NCBI GenBank assembly: GCA_035402825.1
Contig: DAONDZ010000001.1
Location: forward strand, 108,839 to 172,838
Source: a bacterium
Lineage (GTDB): Bacteria > Patescibacteriota > Patescibacteriia > Patescibacteriales > UBA12465
DNA length: 64,000 bases
Direction of reading: 5' to 3'
Shown here: positions 1-10,098 of the stretch, piece after piece
Layout of the letters: the number at the start of each line of letters is the position of its first letter
Position numbering within the stretch: position 1 is the stretch's first letter
Position numbers and translations under genes: made by a program
Notes under the pieces: model-generated
The model's input: only the letters and a program-made list of their open reading frames with translations
Told to the model about the DNA's origin: nothing
Database searches by the model: none

Positions 1-1541
1 TCGGTGATTAAGCTTCTAGCCAAAGAAGTGGCTCGACGCAAATCAGAAGTGGCGCCGGTAGTTACTTCGCCAAAAGTCATCTTTTCGGTTAAATGACCGG
101 CCAATAATACGGACAACTCTTCGATGAACTCGCTGCGACGATGTAATTTCCGATCTTCGGTAGGAAGCTTCAATGTATAGCCGCCGGCTTGACCGCGAGC
201 GATAATTGATATTTTGTGAACCGGGTCAGTCTGCGGCAAAAAATGAGCGACTATCGCATGACCGGCTTCGTGATAAGCGGTAATCTTTTTTTCTTCTTCG
301 GTGATTATCCGGCTTTTGCGTTCCGGCCCCATCATTACCTTTTCAATTGATTCTAAAATATCTGCCTTTTCCACCTGTTTCTGATTCTTGCGAGCCGCTA
401 AAATAGCTGCTTCGTTCAAAACATTTTCCAAGTCAGCACCACTGAACCCTGGAGTCCGTTCGGCAATCAGTTTTAAATCCACTTCCTTAGCCAAAGGTTT
501 GCGATGAGCATGGACAGCTAATATTTCTTGGCGATCCTTGATGTCCGGCAAATCCAAAACTACCTGGCGATCAAAACGTCCCGGGCGCAACAAGGCCGGA
601 TCTAAAACATCCGGGCGATTAGTAGCGGCAATAACTATCACATTTGCGGTCGGTTCAAATCCATCCATTTCCACTAATATCTGGTTCAAAGTCTGCTCTC
701 TTTCATCATGTGAGCCGCCTAGTCCCGCCCCGCGGCGGCGACCGACAGCGTCAATTTCATCAATGAAAATAATACAAGGAGTATTTTTCTTAGCGCGTTG
801 AAAAAGAGATCTGACCCGAGAGGCGCCAACGCCGACAAACATCTCCACAAATTCTGAACCGGAAATATGAAAGAAAGGGACATTAGCTTCTCCGGCCACG
901 CTTCTAGCCATCAAAGTTTTGCCGGTTCCCGGACTGCCCAAAAGCAAAACGCCTTTAGGAATGCGAGCTCCTAAGTCATGAAACTTCTTCGGGAAACGCA
1001 AGAACTCCACTATTTCTTTTAATTCTTCCTTAGCTTCTTTAGAGCCAGCCACATCTTTAAAAGAAACTTTAGCCTTCGGATCCTTCTGAAATTCTTTAGC
1101 CTGTGATTGGCCGAAAGTCATGGCGCGTGAATTAGCACTGGCCACGCCGCGCATAGTGATGAAGAAAAATACACCGATTAAAATCACCGGCAACAAAATT
1201 GGCAACATATCAATCATCCAGCCGCCAAAAGAACTTTGATCTTTAACCTGGATATTGATGGCTGATAATTTGTCGGGCTCAACATTAAAATTTTTCAACA
1301 AAGCGGAAAGCGATTCAGAGCTTTCTTTTTTAATCACTTTTTTAGAACCATCCTTCAAAGAGACGGATAATTCATCGCCGGAAACATTAATATCAGTCAC
1401 TTCCCCCTGATTAATTCTCTCCACTAAAAAGCCGATACTAGCTGTTTCGGTTTTAGGCCGGCTAGCGACAGAGCTAAAAATACTGGCCAAAATCAAAAAG
1501 ATCAAAAAATACCAAAAGAAATTTTTAAACAAATTTTTCAT
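1..1541 (-). CDS. ftsH: ATP-dependent zinc metalloprotease FtsH (C-terminus cut by window edge)
   Basis: Absent from the ORF track because it runs off the window. My minus-strand translation starts [19 protein letters not shown] (ATG at 1541..1539). It contains Walker [37 protein letters not shown] (about 845-960) and the zinc site [14 protein letters not shown] (about 245-290). Confidence 0.92.
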   Translation of the reverse strand, partial: MKNLFKNFFWYFLIFLILASIFSSVASRPKTETASIGFLVERINQGEVTDINVSGDELSVSLKDGSKKVIKKESSESLSALLKNFNVEPDKLSAINIQVKDQSSFGGWMIDMLPILLPVILIGVFFFITMRGVASANSRAMTFGQSQAKEFQKDPKAKVSFKDVAGSKEAKEELKEIVEFLRFPKKFHDLGARIPKGVLLLGSPGTGKTLMARSVAGEANVPFFHISGSEFVEMFVGVGASRVRSLFQRAKKNTPCIIFIDEIDAVGRRRGAGLGGSHDEREQTLNQILVEMDGFEPTANVIVIAATNRPDVLDPALLRPGRFDRQVVLDLPDIKDRQEILAVHAHRKPLAKEVDLKLIAERTPGFSGADLENVLNEAAILAARKNQKQVEKADILESIEKVMMGPERKSRIITEEEKKITAYHEAGHAIVAHFLPQTDPVHKISIIARGQAGGYTLKLPTEDRKLHRRSEFIEELSVLLAGHLTEKMTFGEVTTGATSDLRRATSLARSLIT

Positions 1542-1620
1542 ATAATTTAAGCCTAAAAATGAATAAAGACTGTTTTTAGTATATAACAAGACCGGGGTTT
1601 TGTCCACCTTAACCTAAAAA

Positions 1621-1648
1621 CAAAAGAGCCCGGTTAGAGGCTCTTTTG
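1621..1648 (-). terminator. Rho-independent terminator downstream of rpsA
   Basis: Stem CAAAAGAGCC (1621-1630) pairs with GGCTCTTTTG (1639-1648) around an 8-nt loop. On the minus strand it is followed by TTTTGTTTTT. Confidence 0.65.
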
Positions 1649-1666
1649 TTTTTATATAATCTGCAA

Positions 1667-2881
1667 TTAAGAGGCGCTTTCTTCTTCAGCCGGCAGCTCT
1701 TCAGTTTCTTCTTTTTTAGCTTTAGCCTTCTTGGGAGCGGACTTTTCTTCCTTGTCTTCAGCCTTAGCTTTCTTGCCGCCTGGTTTAACAAGCTGCAAAG
1801 CCAAGCGATGTTCAGCCGGAGAGATAGACAAAATTTCAAAATCTTTTTCTTCTCCAATTTGGAAAAGGTCATTGATTTTTTCAGTCTTGTCCAAGTTCAA
1901 TTGAGTGATATGAGCTAAGCCATGAATATCGTCATCTAACTTAACAAATAGACCAAACGGATTAACTTTCAAGATATGGCCTTTGACCACCTGGCCAACG
2001 GCATATTTGTTGATAGCTTCCTGCCAAGGATCTTTCATAATCTTTTTAGCAGACAAGAAAATCTTATGGCTATCAATGCTGACGATCTCGGCCTTAATCT
2101 TGTCCCCCACTTTATACAAGCTAGAAGGAGAATCAATTCTCTGCCAAGCTAATTCAGAAATGTGAATCAAGCCTTCAATGTTTTCATCAAAGCTGACAAA
2201 AACACCAAAGTTAGTAACGGCAGTGATAGTGCCTTCCACTACCATGCCGACAGTATATTTATCTAATAACGGTTTTTGTTTTTTGTTCCAAACATCCTTT
2301 TCGCTGAAAATAATCTTATTATCATCTTCGCTTAAAGTGATGACGTTGACCTCAAACTCCTGGCCGACAAAAGATTTCAATTTTTCTAAAATCTTGGTCT
2401 TGTCGCCGCCGCTGATGCGAGGATAGTTTTCCGGAGCCAATTGAGATACCGGCAAGAAGCCGCTGATCTGGAAGTAGTTGCAAAGCAAACCGCCTTTGTT
2501 GGCGTCAACCACTTTGACCTTCACAGTTTCTTTGTCCTTATAGGCCTGGCGCAAGCTTTCCCAAGCTTTGCCCTGACCAACCTGACGGAAAGACAATTCC
2601 AAATTACCTTCTTCGTTTTCAGCTTCTACCACCATGGCTTCAATTTCATCACCCGGTTTTAGTTCAGAATATTCCGGAGCTTCTAAATACAATTCCGGAC
2701 CGCGCACTACACCGGTCATGATACCGTCGATATCCAAGCGGACTTCAGCTTTAGAAGCGGCTAGGACTACGCCTTTAACGATGTCACCAACTTGCGGAAC
2801 GCGAATTTCTTCTTTGTCCAACAAAGCGGAAAACGTGTTGTTATCATCTTTAACCATATTATTTAAAAGGCTTTTTATCAA
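1667..2881 (-). CDS. rpsA: 30S ribosomal protein S1 (four S1 domains) with Lys/Glu/Ala-rich C-terminal tail
   Basis: Repeated S1-domain pattern (GDIVKGVV.., GMVVEGTITAVTNFGVFVSF, GQVVKGHILKVNPFGLFVKL). The track start at 2881 is a TTG; an ATG (MVKDDNN) at 2857 is an alternative start. Confidence 0.85.
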   Translation of the reverse strand: MIKSLLNNMVKDDNNTFSALLDKEEIRVPQVGDIVKGVVLAASKAEVRLDIDGIMTGVVRGPELYLEAPEYSELKPGDEIEAMVVEAENEEGNLELSFRQVGQGKAWESLRQAYKDKETVKVKVVDANKGGLLCNYFQISGFLPVSQLAPENYPRISGGDKTKILEKLKSFVGQEFEVNVITLSEDDNKIIFSEKDVWNKKQKPLLDKYTVGMVVEGTITAVTNFGVFVSFDENIEGLIHISELAWQRIDSPSSLYKVGDKIKAEIVSIDSHKIFLSAKKIMKDPWQEAINKYAVGQVVKGHILKVNPFGLFVKLDDDIHGLAHITQLNLDKTEKINDLFQIGEEKDFEILSISPAEHRLALQLVKPGGKKAKAEDKEEKSAPKKAKAKKEETEELPAEEESAS

Positions 2882-3070
2882 TAAAAAAAGCGCTTTTAAC
2901 CCCCGATTGCTCGGAAGCTCCCCGACCGCCTAAAATCGGAGAATTTATTACAGGCGTTTATTGGTTTTTCAATGCTTTTATATTATCTTAAACCGGATTA
3001 AAAAGCAAGGGGCTTTAATCTAGCCAAATTGGTTAGTTTTGTATGTGTCTGACTGTCTGGCCGGTACTAT

Positions 3071-3094
3071 AAAAGCCCCTGTTAAGGGGCTTTT
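3071..3094 (-). terminator. Hairpin terminator after the 209-aa hypothetical gene
   Basis: AGCCCCT / AGGGGCT stem with a 4-nt loop, flanked by A and T runs. Confidence 0.55.
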
Positions 3095-3119
3095 ATATAT
3101 CTAATATTTAGTATTAGGA

Positions 3120-3749
3120 TTAAATGCTATAAGGACCGACACCGGATTGCTTAGCGTTACCCTGATTAACCAATTTATCTAACTCTTCATCGGATAAATC
3201 AGCACCCTGGAAGCGGTTAGCATATTCTCTCATGGCCTTAGTTCTAAAATTCTGGCCATTAATCATATCGCCCAAACCTTTTTTGATTTTCTTTTCATTG
3301 ACCAATTCTTTGGCAATGTCTTCGGCTAAACTGATGCCGCGCAAATCGCGTAAAGATTCAACGATAGTGATCGGGTTGCCATTATTCTTTTTAGCGTTCT
3401 CCAAGCTCTTTAAAACATCCTTTAATCGGCTTTCCATATCAGAGCCCTGCTTAGCCTCGGCTAATTTAGCCTGAGTGCGGCTAATCAAATCCTCAAACAT
3501 GTCATTCTTCAATTTATCAACAGCAGTTCCTTTTTCTTTATTCTGCTCTTGAGAACCGGACATGTTCTTGATGTCGTTGATAGCGCCCTCTACCTTGCTC
3601 TTGGCAAGATTCAAATCATCAGCTACTTTGTTTTTTAAATCTTCATTGCTAACGGTTTCTTCTTCCCGGTCCAATACTTCAATATCGGAACCTGGTTCTT
3701 GACCTTCAAATTTCTTGTCCATATTGTTTTTGTTAGTTTTAAAATTCAT
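3120..3749 (-). CDS. Hypothetical acidic, probably coiled-coil protein (209 aa)
   Basis: Long ORF with an ATG start and its own terminator. Composition is rich in K/E/D/N. I recognise no motif. Confidence 0.5.
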   Translation of the reverse strand: MNFKTNKNNMDKKFEGQEPGSDIEVLDREEETVSNEDLKNKVADDLNLAKSKVEGAINDIKNMSGSQEQNKEKGTAVDKLKNDMFEDLISRTQAKLAEAKQGSDMESRLKDVLKSLENAKKNNGNPITIVESLRDLRGISLAEDIAKELVNEKKIKKGLGDMINGQNFRTKAMREYANRFQGADLSDEELDKLVNQGNAKQSGVGPYSI

Positions 3750-3904
3750 ATTATTATTTTATTATTTTCCTAAAAACTTAGGAAATATGCTTATTTTTGA
3801 ACACTTATATTATACCATATAATCTAATTTTAGTCAATAGATGAATAAACTTAAATTATCACGGCTCAATCTAATCGCATTTTAGCATAACCGGAATAAT
3901 AAAT

Positions 3905-3924
3905 AAAGCCCTAAAAAGGGCTTT
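3905..3924 (-). terminator. Hairpin terminator after rnj
   Basis: AAAGCCC / GGGCTTT stem with a 6-nt loop, directly after the rnj stop and followed by a T-rich run on the minus strand. Confidence 0.5.
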
Positions 3925-3927
3925 ATT

Positions 3928-5733
3928 TTATACTTTAATCACTACCGGTAAAACCATCGGACGACGCTTGGTCTGAGAGAATAGGAATTGACCGACATCG
4001 TTTCTAATTTTGTTCTTAATATGATCATCATCTAAAGGAATGCCGGAATGGTCTTTGACTATCTTTTTAGCCATAGTTCGAGTCTTTTCAATGAGATCTT
4101 TGTTCTCTTTCATATAGACAAAACCGCGGGAAATAATATCAGGGTTGCCGATAATATCATTAGTTTTGGAATCAATAGTGGCGATAACGACAATCATGCC
4201 GTCTTCGGCCATCATCTGGCGATCACGGAGCACGATATTAGAAACGTCGCCGACGCCTAATCCGTCCACCATGACATAGTCGGTCGGCACTTTTTCTTTG
4301 GTTAAAGTACCGATGCTCTTGCCACCTAAAGATTTAAATTCCACCACCTGGCCATTGTCAGCCACAAATATTTTGTCCTGAGGAATACCAACCTGTTCCG
4401 CTAATTCAGCATGAGCGCGCAACATATAATGGCTGGCTTCAATAGGCATAAAATACTCCGGCTTCAACAAACGCATCATTAACTTCAAATCTTCTTGCTT
4501 GGCATGGCCGCCGGCGTGGACGTCCATCATTTTGTAGTTAATAATCCTGGCTCCCTGACGAACCATCTTGTCCATTAATCCTTGAATAGATCTTTCGTTT
4601 CCAGGAATAACCGAGGAGGAGAAAATAATCGTATCACCAGCTTTAAAATGGATATAGCGATGTTCACCGTTCAATACCCTGTTCAAGAAAGCGCCGTTGG
4701 TTTCGCCTTGAGCGCCGGTACCGATAACTATCAATTGGTTATCGGGAATTTTGCTCAACTCTCGATCGTCAACCAACAATTTAGGATTAAACTTTAAATA
4801 ACCGATTTGATGGGCCACCTGGACATTGTCGTTCATACCGCGGCCTTGCAGAGAAACACGGCGGCCATGGCGCTGAGCTAAATCAAATATCTTCTGGATA
4901 CGGCTTAACTGAGAAGCGAAAGTACCGATCATGATGCGGCCGGAAATCTTGTCAAACAATTTTCCCATTTCATCGCCAATTGCTGATTCGGAAATCTGAT
5001 AGCCGGGATGAGTAGCGTCGGTGGAATCAGCCATCAGCATCAATACTCCCTGAGCACCGATTTGAGCAATGCGGTTCAAATCAGCCGGCTTATCATTGAC
5101 CGGAGAAAAATCAATCTTGAAATCGCCGGTATGAATAACCTTGCCTAAAGGAGTGGTGATGATAATAGCGAAGCAATCCGGAATGGAATGGTTAACGCGC
5201 AAGAACTCCACCTTGAAATTCTGGCCCAATTGGACCACGCTGGTTTCATCAATCTCTTTGATATGCAAAGGCGGCGCGCTATGATATTCCACCTGGCGCT
5301 TCTTCACTAAGCCAGCAGTCATCTTGCCCATGAACATCGGCGGATTGCCGATTTTGCCCATGATATGCGGAATGCCGCCGATATGGTCATAATGGCCATG
5401 AGTGATAACCACGCCTTTAATCCAATCTTTTTTGTCTTCTAAATAGGAGATGTTAGGAATGATATAATCAATGCCCAACATATCTTCTTCCGGAAACTGC
5501 AGGCCCATATCAATAATCATAATCTCTCGATTATATTCGATTAAGGTCATGTTGCGGCCGACTTCTTCCAGGCCGCCTAAAACTATCACGCGCAATTTTC
5601 CTTCGGAACTTTGCTTCTCAAACACCGGCTTAAAAGCACGGCGATCGGAAGTGCCGCGGTAGCTGGGACGCGGACGGCGCGGAGGTCTTTCTCCGCTCGG
5701 TCGCGGTGCGGCCGATTTATACTTACTAATCAT
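3928..5733 (-). CDS. rnj: Ribonuclease J (metallo-beta-lactamase/beta-CASP RNase)
   Basis: VITHGHYDHIGG (HxHxDH) motif, about 600 aa, and RNase J-like overall layout. The N-terminus has an Arg/Pro-rich extension. Confidence 0.85.
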   Translation of the reverse strand: MISKYKSAAPRPSGERPPRRPRPSYRGTSDRRAFKPVFEKQSSEGKLRVIVLGGLEEVGRNMTLIEYNREIMIIDMGLQFPEEDMLGIDYIIPNISYLEDKKDWIKGVVITHGHYDHIGGIPHIMGKIGNPPMFMGKMTAGLVKKRQVEYHSAPPLHIKEIDETSVVQLGQNFKVEFLRVNHSIPDCFAIIITTPLGKVIHTGDFKIDFSPVNDKPADLNRIAQIGAQGVLMLMADSTDATHPGYQISESAIGDEMGKLFDKISGRIMIGTFASQLSRIQKIFDLAQRHGRRVSLQGRGMNDNVQVAHQIGYLKFNPKLLVDDRELSKIPDNQLIVIGTGAQGETNGAFLNRVLNGEHRYIHFKAGDTIIFSSSVIPGNERSIQGLMDKMVRQGARIINYKMMDVHAGGHAKQEDLKLMMRLLKPEYFMPIEASHYMLRAHAELAEQVGIPQDKIFVADNGQVVEFKSLGGKSIGTLTKEKVPTDYVMVDGLGVGDVSNIVLRDRQMMAEDGMIVVIATIDSKTNDIIGNPDIISRGFVYMKENKDLIEKTRTMAKKIVKDHSGIPLDDDHIKNKIRNDVGQFLFSQTKRRPMVLPVVIKV

Positions 5734-5818
5734 TTGTTTTTTCTATAGTTAAAAGAAGATTGATAACAATGCAACCTTTTAACTAAAATTAATATTTAAA
5801 GAGAAAAAAATTCTAAGT

Positions 5819-7792
5819 TTAAAAATGGAATTTCTTTCGAGTTTTGACATACCAATTAACGGCATCGTTCAAACGATCGCTCGGATCGACGATGGCGCTA
5901 TTTTTAAAGCCTTTGATATTTTTGCTTTGGGGATAGATATATTTAGCAGAATACAGAAAGGCAGCCGGGACATCATTTAAGACTGTCTCTTGAAATTTAC
6001 GATATTTCACAATTCGGTCTTCCAAGCTTTTCAACATACGGCCGCTTTCTAATAAAGCGTCAGCGGTGGTGTTACGATAATCGGCCAGATTCAATCCCGT
6101 GGCTCCGGCTTGGGAAGAATGCCAGAAAGCATAGACATCAGGATCGCCGCCTAGGGACTCTCCAAAAAGTAGAATGGAAAAATCGCGCGGGGCAATTACT
6201 TTGTCCACTATCTGATCCGCCGGAACTGATTTCAAAATAACTTTCACTCCTAAGGATTCCCAGATCTGTTTTACCTTTTCTGCTACCGCCATGTTTTCAG
6301 CGCTGTCGGAAGTAGTGATGCTCACCACTAAGTATTGGCGTCCTTGGGTTTTCTTGGCCGGAAACTTCACCCGCCAAGAGCCGGTTAAAGTCGCGCCGGT
6401 AGAAGAAGCCACGTCGGCCAAATCAACCTTAAATTCTAAATTAGAATCAGCCTTAATTTTTTCCGGAGTAGCTTCCTTAATTTCTTTTTCCGTCTCGGCG
6501 CTAATTTCTACCTTTTCCCAGCCGGCATCAGTGAGAATCTTATCGGCTTGCGCCGGGTCAAATCCTTGTTTAGGAAAATCAGGAGTAATAGCGAAGCTAT
6601 GATTCCAAATCGGACCGTCAGCCACTTCGGCGCTATCGCCGAAAACATCGCTAATAATCTGATTACGATCTAGAGCCAGAGTCAAAGCTTGGCGCACTTT
6701 AGTATCAGCCAAAAATACATTGCCTTTTTTGTTGAAAAACAAAGCCGAAAGTTGCGGCCAAGGAATATTATAAAAATGCAAGGAATTTTTAGCTAAAACC
6801 TCTTTCTTCTGCGAAATCGGCAAATAGCTTAAGCCATCCACCTCATTGCTGTTTAAAGCGCTAATCGCTTCAGAAATATTGGGATAAAATTTTAAAGTAA
6901 TCTGATCAAGATAAGGCGTATGATCATAATAATCATCATTAGCCTCCAAAACGTAATTCTTCATTTCCCCGTTCTTGCTCTTAGACAAAGAGTGGAAAAC
7001 AAAAGGTCCGGAGCCGACTGGCTTTAAATTAAAGTCGCTCAAAGAAGCTGTTTCCGGATCAACATTCCCCCATAACTCCTGGGAAAGAATGCCGAAGGAT
7101 AAAAGCTCGGTAAACGCAGAATAAGGTTCGGCCAAATTAAATTGCACGGTATTGTCATCCACTCTTTCAATTTCCGCGCCTAAGAATACTTGGCGATAAG
7201 GGGAATCATAGGCCGGGTCTTTGATGGCCGAAAAAGTAAACATAATATCATCCACGGTCAATTTAGTCCCGTTATGAAATTTCACGTCGTCTCTAATTTT
7301 TAAAGTATAAGCTTTGCCGTCGGCCGAGATGCTATACTCAGAAACTAAATCTGGCTGCATCACGCCGGCGTCATCGCGTTTGAATAAACTGGAAAATATT
7401 AAACGGCTGATATCGGTATCAATATCGCGATTAAAATTATACAAAGGATTAATGTATTTAGGATATCCCACAATTGCTTCAGTATATTCTCCGCCTCGAG
7501 CCGGAGCTAATTCCAAATGGGTTTTAACAAAATTAACCGCAAAGACAATTAAAGCTATCACCAACACCAAACTGGCGCCAAAAAACCAACGGCGCTCTTT
7601 GGTATTTAATACTTTAGTCAAATACTTTAATTGTTGGAGTCGCGGTACCTTATGAGGAGCCAAAGAATAAACCAATTGATGGTCGGGATTAACAACTTTG
7701 TTCTTTTTGAATAAACTAAAAAACTTAGCTAGCCAATTTTGACCTAGGCGCTTTAGTTTGGCGACCAAATTATTGTCAGAGCTATTCATCAT
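5819..7792 (-). CDS. ABC transporter substrate-binding protein, family 5 (peptide/nickel type), N-terminally membrane-anchored
   Basis: Family-5 SBP-like sequence (KFHNGTKLTVDDIMFTF, LNLADYRN). A TM helix is present (RRWFFGASLVLVIALIVFAVNFV). I place the start at ATG 7792 (MMNSSDNN) because the track start at 7867 would overlap secG. Confidence 0.7.
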   Translation of the reverse strand: MMNSSDNNLVAKLKRLGQNWLAKFFSLFKKNKVVNPDHQLVYSLAPHKVPRLQQLKYLTKVLNTKERRWFFGASLVLVIALIVFAVNFVKTHLELAPARGGEYTEAIVGYPKYINPLYNFNRDIDTDISRLIFSSLFKRDDAGVMQPDLVSEYSISADGKAYTLKIRDDVKFHNGTKLTVDDIMFTFSAIKDPAYDSPYRQVFLGAEIERVDDNTVQFNLAEPYSAFTELLSFGILSQELWGNVDPETASLSDFNLKPVGSGPFVFHSLSKSKNGEMKNYVLEANDDYYDHTPYLDQITLKFYPNISEAISALNSNEVDGLSYLPISQKKEVLAKNSLHFYNIPWPQLSALFFNKKGNVFLADTKVRQALTLALDRNQIISDVFGDSAEVADGPIWNHSFAITPDFPKQGFDPAQADKILTDAGWEKVEISAETEKEIKEATPEKIKADSNLEFKVDLADVASSTGATLTGSWRVKFPAKKTQGRQYLVVSITTSDSAENMAVAEKVKQIWESLGVKVILKSVPADQIVDKVIAPRDFSILLFGESLGGDPDVYAFWHSSQAGATGLNLADYRNTTADALLESGRMLKSLEDRIVKYRKFQETVLNDVPAAFLYSAKYIYPQSKNIKGFKNSAIVDPSDRLNDAVNWYVKTRKKFHF

Positions 7793-7803
7793 GGGAAGAT
7801 GAA

Positions 7804-8016
7804 TTAAAAAATAACTACGGACAGGGAGGAAGCGAAAAATAATATCGCTACAATTATAGTAATCCAAAATAATTTCTTTTCTAAGCCGCGCTTAGCCAAA
7901 TAAACTCCACCGGATCCGCCAAAAACTCCGCCCAGACCAGTTCCCCTGTTTTGCAAGAGGATGGAGATAGTCAGGAGGATAGCCAATACTAATTGAGTAA
8001 TCTTTAACCAAGACAT
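7804..8016 (-). CDS. secG: Preprotein translocase subunit SecG
   Basis: 70 aa with two TM helices flanking LLQNRGTGLGGVFGG, the typical SecG Gly-rich loop. Confidence 0.75.
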   Translation of the reverse strand: MSWLKITQLVLAILLTISILLQNRGTGLGGVFGGSGGVYLAKRGLEKKLFWITIIVAILFFASSLSVVIF

Positions 8017-8018
8017 AT

Positions 8019-8363
8019 TTATTTCAAGCTAGCAATAATCTTTTTTAATAATTCCGGATATTTAACAGCCATTTCAGCTAATACCTTGCGGTCTAACATG
8101 ACGTTCTTAGCTTTTAAAGCGGCGATAAATTTAGAATAGGATAAGCCTTCAGCGCGAACGAAAGCGCCAATCTTAATCTGCCACAAAGCCCGAGCATTGC
8201 GTTTCTTCTTGCGGCGATCAATATAAGCATGAGCACCGGCTTTAGTCCGAGCAGTTTTGGCAACCTTGATTAGATTCTTTCGGCCCCATTTAAAACCTTT
8301 AACCGCTTGATGCAATTTCCGGCGTTTCTTTACATGGGTGGTACCGCGCTTCACTCTAGGCAT
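8019..8363 (-). CDS. rplT: 50S ribosomal protein L20
   Basis: MPRVKRGTTHVKKRRKL...GFKWGRKN, with infC-rpmI-rplT synteny. Confidence 0.95.
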   Translation of the reverse strand: MPRVKRGTTHVKKRRKLHQAVKGFKWGRKNLIKVAKTARTKAGAHAYIDRRKKKRNARALWQIKIGAFVRAEGLSYSKFIAALKAKNVMLDRKVLAEMAVKYPELLKKIIASLK

Positions 8364-8387
8364 ATAATCAAAAAATTAGTTTATAAT

Positions 8388-8585
8388 TTAACAATACGGC
8401 GTCAACTGATTGATAGTCTTAGCCAAAGTCTTAGTCGCCGTTATATCGCGGCGCTTGTTTCTGGTGGTGTTACCTGATTCACGGGAATTAAAGTGATCTT
8501 GTCCACCTTTTCTTTGTTTGAGCTTGCCGGTACCAGTCTTTTTGAACCGTTTCACCGTAGCTTTATGGGTCTTAATTTTCGGCAT
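8388..8585 (-). CDS. rpmI: 50S ribosomal protein L35
   Basis: MPKIKTHKATVKRFKKTGTGKLKQRKGGQDH, plus synteny. Confidence 0.92.
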   Translation of the reverse strand: MPKIKTHKATVKRFKKTGTGKLKQRKGGQDHFNSRESGNTTRNKRRDITATKTLAKTINQLTPYC

Positions 8586-8629
8586 ATGGATTAAAAAAAT
8601 CAGGCTAAACCCTGGTTTTTGAGGTCTTA

Positions 8630-9187
8630 TTACTTCTTATTAACTAAAATCATACTAAACCCTGAGGGTTGTTTTGTCAAGGGCTGCTCTTCTTCTAAGT
8701 TCAAATCGGGCTTAGCTTTCAATAAATTGACAAATTCCAGCATTAATTCCCTGGCTTTGTCAAAATGCTGCCTTTCTCGGCCTCGCAAAAACAGGTCTAG
8801 CTTCAATTTATTATCCTGGGATAAAAACTTGGCCGCTTGGTTAATTCTGGTCTCCATATCATGGGCGCTAATGCGGAAAGTCAGCTTAACTACCTTTACT
8901 TCCACTTTCTTTTGCAAAACCTTCTGCTTATGCATCTTCTTTTCTCTTTCGTACTTAGCCTGGCCCAAATTCATTATTTTCACTACCGGCGGCTGCCCCT
9001 TAGGGTTAACCTCCACTAGATCCAAATCAGCCTCAACAGCCATAGCCAAAGCTTTAGCTGTGGGCATGTTACCGATTGACTCGCCGTTTTCATCAATCAA
9101 AAAGACTTCCGGTACATTAATCTGTTCATTAGCCCGAATCGGTTTTTCATCAATTTTCGGTTTAGCTTTTTGATAATTACGACGCAT
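8630..9187 (-). CDS. infC: Translation initiation factor IF-3
   Basis: IRANEQINVPEVFLIDENGESIG...DLDLVEVNPKGQPPVVKIMNLGQAKYE and KVVKLTFRISAHD. Here an ATG start is available. Confidence 0.9.
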   Translation of the reverse strand: MRRNYQKAKPKIDEKPIRANEQINVPEVFLIDENGESIGNMPTAKALAMAVEADLDLVEVNPKGQPPVVKIMNLGQAKYEREKKMHKQKVLQKKVEVKVVKLTFRISAHDMETRINQAAKFLSQDNKLKLDLFLRGRERQHFDKARELMLEFVNLLKAKPDLNLEEEQPLTKQPSGFSMILVNKK

Positions 9188-9189
9188 AA

Positions 9190-9498
9190 TTAATTTTTAG
9201 AAACTTTATTAAGATTAGCTTTATAAGCCGCCTTGTCCTTTCGAGATTGATCCATGCGGCGGTCAAGACTGGCAATCATCCTATCTTCAGCGCCTTCGTC
9301 GGCGATATCTTCAACATCAATAACATTTTTCGGCTCTTTGTTAAATCCTTCGTCAAACTCACTTTCCAAATTAAAAGGAGAATCGGTTTCCGGCAATTTG
9401 CTGCGATCCTTTTCTTCCCTAATTTGCGGGGTTTTCCCGATAATTTCCTCTTGTTGTTCAATCGGTCTCAAACGTTCATGATTTTTAAATAGTCCCAT
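9190..9498 (-). CDS. Hypothetical acidic protein (102 aa)
   Basis: ORF with an ATG start whose stop lies 2 nt before the infC start. No recognisable motif. Confidence 0.4.
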   Translation of the reverse strand: MGLFKNHERLRPIEQQEEIIGKTPQIREEKDRSKLPETDSPFNLESEFDEGFNKEPKNVIDVEDIADEGAEDRMIASLDRRMDQSRKDKAAYKANLNKVSKN

Positions 9499-9530
9499 AT
9501 TTTTTAAAATTAATAATAAAACTCACCTTG

Positions 9531-9603
9531 AGCGGGTAAGCGGAATCGAACCGCCATCTTCAGCTTGGAAGGCTGACATAATGAACCATTATACGATACC
9601 CGC
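9531..9603 (-). tRNA. tRNA-Gly (anticodon UCC)
   Basis: Hand fold: acceptor GCGGGTA/TACCCGC, anticodon stem-loop TCAGC-CTTCCAA-GCTGA, T arm GGCGG-TTCGATT-CCGCT. No encoded CCA. Confidence 0.88.
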
Positions 9604-9620
9604 CTACTCTAAATTGTCTG

Positions 9621-9704
9621 TGCCGCGGGAGGGAATCGAACCCTCACAGTATCGCTACTATTGGATTTTAAGTCCAACGCGTCTACCAATTCCGCCACCG
9701 CGGC
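9621..9704 (-). tRNA. tRNA-Leu (anticodon UAA), long variable arm
   Basis: Acceptor GCCGCGG/CCGCGGC, anticodon stem-loop TTGGA-CTTAAAA-TCCAA, long variable arm, T arm GAGGG-TTCGATT-CCCTC. Confidence 0.9.
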
Positions 9705-9716
9705 AGCCACTGACTG

Positions 9717-10098
9717 TGGAGATGATGGGAATTGAACCCATGTCTAACAAGTTTTTAAGTTAGCTTGATACAAAATTAGTCTGGTTTAATTGTCACCGCT
9801 AGATTAAAAACCAAACAAAATATCTAACGGTCAACCGACGAAGGTTTCGTCCAATTAGAGTCGGCAAGCCAATTGAACTGAGCTCCTGATATGACACCGA
9901 ACATCAACCACGGAGCTAGGCTGAGTCGATGGTCGCGGCAATTTAAGCGGCGACGGTAGCCATAGCCGGGACTTTCCATGAGAAAGCGGCTTTGGCAAAA
10001 GTGTTTTTTACACTTATAAGTTGCCGATTGATAACGAGGATCAGCGCCCCGTTTTGAGCTAATTTAAAGACACCTTATTATCGATGCCTGTCATCCCC
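9717..10098 (-). ncRNA. ssrA: tmRNA (SsrA), about 382 nt
   Basis: The 5' GGGGAUG pairs with the 3' CAUCUCC+A, including the G3:U alanine identity pair. T arm is ATGGG-TTCAATT-CCCAT. An internal reading frame ends GCT ACC GTC GCC GCT TAA. My tentative tag is AKAAFSWKVPAMATVAA, resuming near tmRNA nt 103. The gene lies immediately after smpB. Confidence 0.85.

Noticed and set aside
7793-7867. An N-terminal extension of the solute-binding protein ORF overlapping secG.
   Set aside because: It would overlap the secG coding sequence by 64 nt. An ATG at 7792 gives a sensible N-terminus just after the secG stop.
8619-9173. A 184-aa plus-strand ORF.
   Set aside because: It is entirely antisense to the clearly recognisable infC, with low-complexity Ser/Leu/Phe-rich content. 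It is a shadow ORF.
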